Source: Gekko japonicus (taxonomy: Eukaryota). Taken from it: a DNA stretch of 64,000 nucleotides. How positions within the stretch are numbered: position 1 is the stretch's first letter; every line of letters begins with the position of its first letter. Positions 46,301 through 58,300 of the stretch are shown here, one piece after another. A program made the translations under genes and the position numbers. A model generated the notes under the pieces. It made no database searches. It saw only the letters and a program-made list of their open reading frames with translations, and was not told the DNA's origin. The stretch is from positions 936,686 through 1,000,685 of the forward strand of contig NW_015173680.1 of assembly GCF_001447785.1 (NCBI RefSeq), read 5' to 3'.

Positions 46301-49300
46301 CATTATATCTGCACTCTGTGTTACAGCTAATAATGCTATGCTTATTCAGATTTCTCTAGTCCAGCTTGTTGGAGTCTCTTCATGTTGACTGTATTAACTT
46401 ATCCTGTGTAATCCACTTTGAGTCTCAATGAGAAAGACTATATAATAAGTAAATAAATTCAAAATTGAATACATTCTTCTATGATTATTTCACAAATACC
46501 TAAAGCCTCATGATATTGTCTTAGCTCCATGTGTCAGATGATAAAACTAAGGTCACTGAAATTTACAGTGCAAATCTACAATAGAAATGGGATTTAAACC
46601 AATACAGAATGAGCACAAGTTCACTTTGCAATTTGGGGGCGTGTCTCTGTGCTGCTATTTGCAGATGTAGCAGAAGGTGCATTGAGGGAGATATTCACAG
46701 TACACAGAAACATATCCTAGCACAGAACAGGTTTTCTCAAGAGAGTGATCCTATGATGGTAACTTCAACACACCTATAGCCATGAAATGTTTGTACAAGA
46801 GACAAGAAAGTAACTCTTTATTCTGATATTATTAAGTCAAATGGGAAGAGAGGACTTGGCCTCTGAGAGAATGTAGCAAATGTTTCTCTCTCTTTGCATG
46901 CTGTTTTATTTGATAAAGGCTTGAACACAGACATTTGAGTTTGAAAACAGTTCGCTCTTTGATCTTTTTTTCTTTGGCATTTTTCTAGTTTCTTTCCCCA
47001 TTCTTCCTGTGCTGTTTCATGCCTACAACTCACGTTGACTCCACAGTGAAAATCTCTTAATCTTTTGACAACTGAGGGGACTGGCTATTTGAAGGATGCA
47101 CAATGGTCTTTTCTGAACTGTAAAGAGTCTGTCTTGGCGCTACATACTATGAGGCTCAAAAAGAAATATTCCTCCACAAATGTATTAAGCATGCACTAAG
47201 TGTTTGGCTGAATTTAACTTTTTCTGCAGCTGTCCTAGAACAAATCAAGTGCACTGCATGTTAGGCCTAAATGCATGGATAGCAGAGAAGCCAATGAGAG
47301 CTATTTTTGCTGTGAAATACTAATTGTCACCCATAATTTTTTATTCCAAGAACAGCAGTCAATGAGCTTGAGGCTTGCTTGACCCAGACAGGAAAAACTC
47401 TCTCTCTCTCCTTTCATCTAGTCATTCAGCAAAGGAGCTCAAGCCAACCACGCACGCACTATGTGCATTCCTAAAAGCCCTGATAACTAGAACAAAGAAG
47501 AGCAGCTCTTGAAAACTTAGTCCAAACTCCACTCTGGACTGGCTTAGGAAGAGTACTAATTTGAAATTTATTTAACCTGAATAAGTTTTCAAATAGGGTT
47601 TTTTTTTGGGGGGGGGTCATGATAAGTACTTCTCTGGCTGTGCCCCCACACTTACTGTGTAGATATTTCTTTTGCACCTTACCCCACACATACCATTCCC
47701 TGCAAATTTCCAGTCTGGCTCTACAGTATTCAGCAATACTGAGAATTATAAGCATGGCTCTTGACAGATGGAGCTCCATGTAGTTAACAGCAACCAGAGC
47801 AACATCAGTTGCTAGTGGCCACTGAGCTTTTTAACAGAATGTGATAAGGACTCCATCACCACAGTTTGCTCAATCTTGAGGACATCATGGGAACTCTACA
47901 GACTTCTGCTTCTTACTGAGCACCACACTGAAGAGGATGCCATTCTTTTTGCAAATAACTAAGAAGGGAATATTCTGCCTAGAACTGTTACGCACGCTCT
48001 GATTACTGAAACTGTTCCTCTGTGTTCAAGTGACTGAAGACAACTAAGTCTGCAATTCTAGTATCTTTTACCCAGTAATATCCACTGAACTTACTACCAG
48101 ATAAACATACACAGAATTGGGCTGTCAGAGGCAACCATATTCAGTTAATGGAGTGACCGTAACCATTTTCCCTTGTACCAAATTATGCTGTCACGCGTAG
48201 AAACACAGCCTGTGCTATTAACACAGTGTGAATAAGGTTATACACACACACACACGCTCCATAAATTTGTAAGGTTTGTTTGGATTTGGTTTATAAGTTT
48301 GAATAGCAATCCCTTGTGGTTGATGCTGCTGTACCAGCTGGAGGGTCAAATCTCCTGACATGACAGATGCCCAGTTGCAGTGCCCCCTCCCCCAAATTCA
48401 TTGCAGAAATTCAGTCCACACAATTGTAGCATTTTAGGGATGTGCTTCAGGGCCATCACGTTCAATCTCTGTAAAGAGGCAAAACCATATGCCTCCAGAA
48501 ATCAATCCATGCTATCTTTCCATACATTAATTAACCAAGCACAGTGCACTAGGAAGTTCTTCTGCACAAGCCTCTCTGAAGTGAACCATCATAGATCTTT
48601 GGGGCTCCCCTTCCATTCAATGAGGCTTACATATGAGAGCTTCCTAGGAGACTGTGCCCTGTACTAGGTCAGAACCATGTCCTACTTTGCTGCCCTCCAT
48701 CAAGTCAAAGGAAGCTGCCTCAGGGTCCTCATACTAGGGCTGCATCTGCAGCATCTAGAATCACCCACATCAGCTGTTAACATTTGCAATTTTGTGTGTC
48801 AGTGGGGCACCACAAAAACAAAACATGGCTGGCACTTCTAGGTCCAGAAAAGGGAAGACTCAGGCCCCAGTACAAAAGCTGTTGCCACAACAACCCTGTG
48901 CTTTAAAAAAAAAAAAAACCCTTGCCAATAAACATTTTTCAAAAGGATCATTTACCTGCCATATTAAAAAAGAAGGGTGAGGAGGGAACAGAAAGTGACT
49001 AACATTCTAAGCACTTTGCTTCAGCTCCCATTAAATCAAAGCAGAGGCAAAAAGCAGGACAGCTCCCAAACACTGCCAAATCAGTGCAAAGAAGGAGAGG
49101 AAGGGAAGGAGGGCGATGGAGGATAAAAGGCAGCAAAGGCAGAAAGTGAGGAGATACTCACCAAAGCGGCATGAAGACGTGCCAGGAGGAAGAGATTTCC
49201 TCACCAGCATGTTTTGTTTCAGAAATGCAGCAAACTGAGCTGAAATGAATCAGAGAGAATTACAGTACCACAGCTCGCATTTAGAAGGGTCCTCCCTCAT

Positions 49301-52300
49301 GCACGCAAGGGGAAGAGAAATAATTTTGCAGGCGGCTGGCAGACAGATCCCAGAAGTGTCTCCCACTGGTGTAACTGCAGTAGCAACACCACCACCACCC
49401 CTGGAACTGAGGCTGCCCTCTCCTTCCACCATGGCAAAATACACTGCATCCTATCCAAGGGCTAGGAAGACTGGGCAGCAATTTCCACCAGGGCAAGCGC
49501 ACCCAGACATCTAAGGTAGCTGCACCATCAGCTACTAACACATGGACATTTAGTTATTCCAAAACAGACCACACCTCGACACAGACACATATGGACTAAC
49601 AATAATTATATGGAATCAACACAGCATCAACTCTAGTGCCCTGCCTAGGCAATACGAATGCAGCATACAACCTGCTAGTACTGGCTAACAATCACATAGC
49701 ACGTACTGCTGCCCAGACATCATGGATCTAGGGGCTACTCCCAACCAACTGCTGTGACAGACATTTGTTAATTTGTGCTTCTGCTACCAGCAACATCTAC
49801 AAAAGGGGGAAATTGAATCTTCTTAACATATTTATTTATTAAATTTATACCCCGCCTTACCCCCAAAAAAGGGCTCAGGGCGGCTCATATAGTGCTGTTT
49901 GATATGCTGCCCTTAAGATGTTGGACTACCATAAATGTTTCTTCTCATTATGCTAGAGAGGGCTATTCCTTCCACTTAAGTCACAGGCAGGGCTAAACCA
50001 AATGATCAATGTTAATTCCTTCCAGCAAGGGGAACGTCTCTTCCCTCCGTTTTTGGAAACAACACAGGAGAGGCTATTTTTAACTGTACACAAAGTAGCC
50101 AAACCTGTGCTGAGTTTCTAATAGGTGTGTGCAATTTTTTTAAAATGGGTATTTTGGGGTTTGGGGCTATTGGTATTTGGATCTGGGATTTTTTTTGAAA
50201 TCCTGAATTTTTTCCAGTCCAACAGACCCAAGAAGAAAAATATCATTAAAAAAAAAAAGTGGGAGGACATTATGGGAGCAGATAGTGGCTGGGATGGCTT
50301 TTCCTGAAGTCCAGTGTAAACCAGGCTGCAGGAGAAGCCAGCCCCAGGGTCTGCTGTGCCATGGGGAGCAATCTGCTCCATGCAGGAACAGGTGATCTTG
50401 GCTGGAATGGCTTTTCTGTAGCCCAGTCGGGCTGCGCAAGAAGCCAGTCCTAAGCCAAGCTGGGGAGAGCAGTCTCTCCCCCCACACAGCTGATCCTCAG
50501 GCTGTCTTCTGCAGTCCCTTTAAACTTTAAAGGGACTGCAGTAGAAGCCCAACAAACAGCTGAGAGACAGAAGCAATCTGCTACTGCCTCTCTGCTGTTT
50601 TAGGATCTATCCAGTAATCCCCAAATATATCTAGGATTTTTCCGGGAATTCATCCCCCCCCCCCCCCGAGAAAACCTGAATACATTTGGGAAGCTGAAAT
50701 ATACCCGAAAAAGACTGATAAGGTATTTTTCGAATATATTTTCAGTTCAGGTAGATCCGAATGCACAACCCTAGTTTCTAACACTGAGACCTGAAAATGA
50801 GAGAAGAGGATAGGACCAAGTGCTATCTCCAGGACTCAAAACACGGCTGGCTGAAGCCCTGAGAGCCAGAGACTAGCCACTCAATCCAATCCCAGAAACA
50901 TCTAGAAAACCCAGGTGGGGCAGAGTACTTTCTGTCCATTAATGAAAAGCAACATTCATGGTAAGTCTAAAATTTCTTTACTGGTAGAACAAGTTATCCT
51001 GGTAAGGGATACTAAACAGCAGCATCCACATACTGGGCAGGAACCTCACTGTTTACAAAATATGGAGGAAGAACTGCTGGGAGGACCCACCTCCCAAATG
51101 CAACCTCAAGCAGTGTGAAAGTGTACAGCTGGTAATGCCACATGAAGGAAAAGGCAGATGCCCACATGGCAGTGCTGCAGATCTCTTCCAACAAGACACG
51201 AGCACTAAACACTGCAGAAGTCACTTCCTTCCTGATAAAATGGGATGTAAAACCTGAGGGTACAAGGTTAATGTTGACCCTCACTAGAGACTATAAAAAT
51301 TTGTGCTTTAATTCAGCGGCCTTCAGTCTTTCATTATTTGGTACCCACTCAGTCCAAAACTCACTGAGCTGCAGCCATATGGCAGAGAAATCATGTAACT
51401 TCAGAGTCACATAACAAGGAGAAAGGGAGTCAGACGTTATGACTTCACCAGCCACAAGGCCAGCACTATGGGCAGCATACCAAGACAGGTACGTTAACTA
51501 ACCATAAGAAGGTATATCCCTCCAAATGAGGAACAGGTCACAGGTGAGAACCCCTCTCTGAAAAGAGAGACAGGAGGACTTGCTCTTTACACATGCATAC
51601 TGGCAGTATGAATTTCCAAAAGGCAGCCAAAAAAATTCTGTGACTATATCACAGTAAGAGGGGCTCCACAACCACAGGATGAAACTTACTGCATTAAGCC
51701 ATTTTCTCATGCTGTATTTATACAGCAATCATTACACAGAGTTGTAAAATTCCCAACAATTTCAAAGTGGGAAGAGGGACACACACACACACTTCTTTTG
51801 TACTTTTTTATATAAAGGAACTTGAATAAAAACTGAAATAAACACAATATTTGCATTTACTAAGCAGATTTTGCTTCTTTTAACAAAATGAAATGCATCA
51901 TGTAGAACATTGTTATTATATACAATTGTATTAATTGGCATATTTACTTAAGAAATTCCCTTAGTTATCTGCAATGAAAACTAAAAATCTACCCAATACT
52001 ACAAGAGAGAGCTGCAATCTTAGCACATTTCACTCATTCCAAAATAAATTGACACACACATATACACAATCCTCCATATTTCCCAATATTTCCATGGAAA
52101 AATCGGAAACTGGGGTTCTCATAATTTTCACTCTATCCATTTGAATAAATTAAGCTTTGTTTATAAGCAAGACAAGGCCTTGGAGATTCATGTCTCGGAC
52201 AGACTCTGCAATGCCTCTGTGCCTGGCATCACAGTAATGGGAAAAAGAGAAACTGCTTCCCTCTACCACAAGTTATATCCTGTGACTGATCACTCTACAG

Positions 52301-55300
52301 AACCATTCCCATTTGCATGAATGGGCAGCATTTGCCTACAATATGAACTACCCAGGTATTGTGTAAATTGTGGTCTTTCAAACCTGACTGATAAAAAATA
52401 TTTAATGATTTAATGTTAAGATGTTTGGCCGACTAGAAGACTGAGCCACAATGTTCTTTAATCCCTCATGTTTTTGACAGTCCCTCATGAGGCACCTTGT
52501 TCCAATGATTCTTGTTGTTCTTTCCTATGGGGTTCTTTGGGGTATCTGAGATGTGATCTTGAAATCAGCAAGATGTCTTGGTTCTTGATCACTTAACAGC
52601 CAGCATAGAACCCTTAAGCACAATCATTAATTTAAATGGAAATCCCCATCTGTAACACAACAGCACTGTGCAGAGCCCCAGTTACAGGCGTAAATTGTTA
52701 TCTTCTTTAGCGAGTCTGGTGATATGTCCAGGAAAATCTGGACTTGGGCATCTTAAAAAGACAAGTGACCCTGTCCCTTGCTTCCTTTAAGATCTATTCT
52801 CCAGATCAATAATGGAGAAGAATTACAATAGTATATAATCTAGGTTTATCCTATGGTGTCCCTTGCTTCCTTTAAGATCTATTCTTCAGATCAATAATGG
52901 AGAAGAGTTACAATAGTATTTCCTGGGCAGGATCTAGGTTTATCCTATAGTGGCTAAACTCTTATGTATCCAATTCTATTCCATCCTTCAGTTGAATTGC
53001 CAGAGCCAACCACCTTGGAAGAAACGTTGTGGGTCCTACCCCTCCATCTTTTCAGGTAGTCCTTGAAATGCTGGGTTATTTCAGAAAGAACTATTATTAA
53101 AGGTCCTCAAGTTTAATTTTCATAAGCTTTCCCTTTTCTGGGAACCATTCTATCTGTCCTTGAAAGACTAACGCCATCTGTATTGTGGTGTCTGCTGTGA
53201 CAGCAGGTAATTTTAAAGAGTCAATGGTTTCCTTAGAGCAGGGGTGTCAAACATAAGGCCCATCCAGGGCTCTTATGTGGCCCACAAGCAACTGGTGCAA
53301 GAGAGGGAAAGTGTGCTGGGGGAGTGGGCAGAGCCACTCCACTGTGGCTTCAGCATGGCAAAACAACCTCGTCTTCAGCAGTCAAGCATGGTGGGAGCGT
53401 CTGTCTAATGCTGCACTGCTGCCTCTCCAGTCCACCTATGTGGGTTTCCTCTGCAGCCCCCTTCCAGCCTGTAGCTACCTTAACTCTTTAACTATTACCA
53501 GCTCTTGCAGTTCCACTATAACCAAGATGTCCTCTTTTAAATTGGGTTATTTCTTTTCAGTAGGAACATTCCCAATGGCTCTGCATTGCCCTATTATGCC
53601 ACTCTTTCATGGAGCAAACATTTGCTCCTCCTAACAGCATGTCACACCCCAGAAGTCATGAGACCAAAACAGCATTTAAGCAGGTAATGCTATAAGTAGA
53701 GTCTGGATTCTAATCTAACTACTGCAGAAAACGAAGCATCACATCAGATTAACAAGATATGTTTTGTTTAAGAGCAGAGTAGAAAGGATCCATACCTCAA
53801 CGGAAGGTGAGAGTGTGTTATTACTGGGAGCTAGCAGACCTGTGCAGCCATAAAGACTGCGCAGAAACCCAAAAGGTAAATATGCATGCATGTGCATGCA
53901 CGCACACACAAGCCATCCGGTGCCTTGGCTGTTTCATATTTGGCATGTTTGTGGTCCACAATAGACCACAATCAGCGGATGGTAAACCACCACAACATCT
54001 ACTTGAAGTTACCCAAATCTGTTCAACAGACCATACCAGGCACAGAGCTGGATCCAGTAGAAGGACCTTGCAAGGTCCCCAATCTTTCTGGCTTTCCCCT
54101 TCCCCCAACAGCCATTTCCAATCACAGGAAAGTTTATTTACTGGAGTTGTGGGACCTGTGTGGAGTAACAGCTATGCATGACAGTATACTGCAGCAGGCA
54201 ATGGGCAGAAAATCGCTCCCTTTTGCCTCTTCTGTAAGCAGAGCTCCTCCCATTCAAGAGGAAAGAGACCACGGGATCCAACCCATGGATTGCATCTCTG
54301 TCAAAACTGCCCACCCTCCACTGTAGAAGTCCTTGTGCAACTTTGCTCTTTGTTGTTCCTTTCTAGAGTATGAGCCAATACTATATATGTCTCAGAAAAT
54401 ATTCAGTCAACTGGTTGGGGACACACACATCTGCACATTCAAGTTAAAGCTTAACAAAGATAAGCCAACCTGCAGGAAGACATTCCCTAACGACAACACA
54501 GCTTATTAGCATACTTGAGCCCTTTCAAACTTCCCAAGTCAGTATACCCATTCTTAGATTCCCTTTGGCTTTGGCAAGAAAGGACAATAAATGAGGATTT
54601 TACACTCTTATCTGAAAGCTATGTTACTGGATAAACTCTGGAAACATAAGCAGGGAAGCTGTTTGTTGCATAGGTCAAAATGTAAGTACATCTAGCAGGT
54701 CAAGAGCCTCACCAAGGACATAAACAGGAAAAATTACCTTGAGCTGTTTTGTGTGCCAACATTGCTTCTGTTCTCTGCACAGGCCTCTTCATCATCTGAG
54801 TGGTACCGATCTGAGTGGATTTCTGAACAGATGACACAGTGGCCATTTTAGCTTTGGGGCTGGAGGTGGGGCTGCTGGAGACACTGGACAGATCCTGCCC
54901 AAAGAAAGAAAAGCCCCGCCCCCATACCATTAGATTTGTAGCACAAGAAAAAATGAATAAAAAGCTCATTCTCAGAGTCCTAGCCCTGCTACTGACCCCT
55001 TGGTACAGCTCTCCTCCAAAGACCACTGGAGTTATAGTGAGCATTGGCTCTGCCACCCCACCCAAAGGCTGGGTCACTTCCAAGAGAGTTAAATAAAAAT
55101 TTCTTTAAAGTATACATAAAGGAAAAATACATTGTTTTTCCAGCTAAAAAATTTCTTTATATAAAAGTTGCCCCTTATTACCAAGGAGTGCATTCCTCGA
55201 CACTTGACGGACCATAGGAGCATCGTGTGGTTTCTCTCTTTGCTGCAACCAATGGGCTGCAGAAGGCGATGCTGGGGACGGTACCATCGTTTCAGCTCTG

Positions 55301-58300
55301 CAAAGCTTTATTCTTTTCCCCCTTACTCCAAACTGTTTAGCATCTACATGATAACACCAGGATCGGTCATCTAGGGCAGGGGTGTCAAACATAGGCTCTT
55401 ATGCAGCCCACAAGCAACTGGTGCAAGGGAGGGAGTACTAGGGGGAGTGGGTGGAGCCACTCCACTGAGGCTTCAGCATGGCAAAACAACCTCGTCTTCA
55501 GCAGTTAAGCATGGTGGGAGTGTCTGCCCAGTGTTGCACTGCTGCCTCTCCAGTCCACCTATGTGGGTTTCCTCTGCAGCCCCCTTCCAGCCCATGGGGC
55601 CTTGCAGTGAGGAAACACCAACTCGGAGCTTACCAGCTGCTATCCTTTATACATTTTCTCTCTCTGGTACCGGGCATTATATTTTATGGCACACATGGCC
55701 TGGCCCGAAAAAGTGATATTTATGTCAGATCCGGCCATCGTGACAATTGAGTTTGACACCACTGATCTAAGGATTTGGAGTCAGGTGAAATTACTATGCT
55801 GATGACACCCAACTCTACTTGTCAACAGACAAGCGACCCAAACTAAGGGTCAAAAGCAGTTATGGGCTCGATAAGGGCCAATAAACTGAAGCTCGGTCAT
55901 GTTGTAGTTGCTCTACTGAGCTGTTTTTACAGTTTTTGATTTTACTTATTTATATGGGGCTTTAAAAATTATTATTACATGATAAGCTGGCACTTCAAGC
56001 ACATTTTAAGAACACAACCAAGACATAACCCAAATGTCCAGGAGCTACTATGGACTTGAATTTGATTTTCAATGCCCAGGTTCACCATGGAGCAAGTTTC
56101 CCCTATGAACCTTTCACATGTGCATTAAATCATGGGATTTTTGCCCCAAGTTTATTTTTGTGAAGTGCTGCATCAGCCCTGAGGCTCAGTTAAGGAAAAG
56201 ACTTGCAAGCAGAATGATTTTCTTAAAAAGAATGCATTAAAGTTTCACAGGGTTTGCTTACACAGTGGAGTTGCACTGCTTCCACTGTCTTCCCACCCTC
56301 TGTGTTGTATTAATATTTCTTACTGTATCTCCAAGGGTACTACTGTACTAACATCCAGCATATGCATTTATCCCCCTTTTTGTGTTTAAATCATATATTT
56401 TTCTGTGCAATTCATATGTTTGGTAATAGGAATACCTATATTAAAGAGAAAATGAAATATCTGGTAATAAACTAAAAATAACCAAAATACGCAGGGGAGG
56501 TACAGACAATCTAGTCTAGTCAGTTTCCATAAGAAAAATGCATACAGCCAATGCCTTAGAACAGGCACTATGATTGGTTATTTAAGATTATCTTACTTTG
56601 AATGTGAAAAAGACATAGCCCAAAAAATGAAAACCACTAACTTTATCATCATTTACACCTTATAGGACTCCCCTCACTGCACTCTGCCCCAAAACTGCTG
56701 TTCTCACCTCTGAACCTGAAGGTGAAGCCGGGACCTTGGTTGCAGGGGATGCAGGCCGACTGCTCCTCTCTGGCATGTCAAAAGACAGATCTCTTCTAGC
56801 AGAGTCACGTGTTTTCTTCTTCTTCTCAGCATCTAGATCACGAGGATCGGAACCTGAATGGCTGTCTGCTCGGGTGAGCACACCGGTCAGGAAGTCGGCT
56901 ATTTCATCCTTCAGAAGCAACAAGACAGAGCTAGACTTTGACGCAGCACCTGAAGTGTTCTTTGCTGTTGGCTTAAAAGCAGTTTCTTGCAGGAAAGATC
57001 ATTCAGCAACATAAAAGGAACTCCAAGGTTCCACAGTAGGCTAACATTCCCCATATCTTACCAGTCCTGCACTTACATTTTAAATCATTGTGTTCATCTC
57101 AACTAAAAATAAAATTAAATGCTATGAAGAGTAATAAAAGTGGCTTTGGAAAGAAGCATGTGCTGACGTCCACAGAAAAACAGGTTGCTTACCAGTAACT
57201 GGTGATCTTCGAGTGGTCATCTGTGCATTCACACCAATGGGATCTAGTGCGCCTGCGCTGGATCTGCCGGTGCCGTAGCAAGCTCTCTTAAAAGGATTTT
57301 CGTGCCTGGCCCAACTGAGCATGCTCAGGAGCCCCAGTGAGCTTGCCCAGAAGGGCAGGCACGGACATCCCGCCAGTTCCTACCAACCGCCGTGTATCAA
57401 TCTCCTAACAAAACAGGTAGAAGAAGACAGCAGCGGGGCAGGAGGGCGGGTGGTGTGAATGCACAGATGACCACTTGAAGATCACCAGTTACTGGTAAGC
57501 AACCTGTTTATCTTCTTCGTGGTCTCTGTGCTTCACACCAATGGGAGATTAGCGAGCAGTAGTCTACCTGGAGGTGGGTACTGTCAGGTGTGTACTGCTT
57601 AGCCGATGATAAAACCTGACGTCCCAGACTGTCACTGGTGGACTTGCGGACGTCTAGGGCGTAGTGCCTGATGAAGGTATTAGGCGTGGCCCAGGTTGCG
57701 GCTTTGCAAATATCTTGCAGCTGTACTCCCTTCAGAAACGCAGTGGATGTCGCGACAGCCCTGGTGGAATGAGCCCGCACCGGGCCTGGCAACGGCTGTC
57801 TCGCCAGTAGGTAGCAGAGTTCTATCAGACCTACGATCCACTTGGATAGACGTTGGGCAGTGATTGGAGTGCCCACACGGGGTGTAGCGTATGAGACAAA
57901 CAGCTGTGACTTTTGTCTGGTGGAGCGTGTCCTATTCAGCTAGAAGAGGAGGGCCCGCTTCATGTCCAAATTGTGCATAAGCCTGTCTTCCTGTGATTTC
58001 AGGTCAAGTTAGAAATCNNNNNNNNNNNNNNNNNNNNNNNNCGAGGAGGAATGCCCTCTTCCATGCCAGGAGCTTTAGCTGACAGGTGGCGAGAGGTTCA
58101 AAGGGCCGTCTCGTCAGCTGGTGCAAGACCAAGGGAAGGTCCCATAAAGCTACTGGAACTTTGACTGGAGGGTATAAACGTAGCAAACCCTCCAGGAAAC
58201 GTTTGGTAACGGGATGGGAAAACAGAGTGCACCCATCTACATGAACATGAAAGGCCAATAACGCGGCCAAGTAAACTTTTAACGAGGAGTGGGTAAGTCC

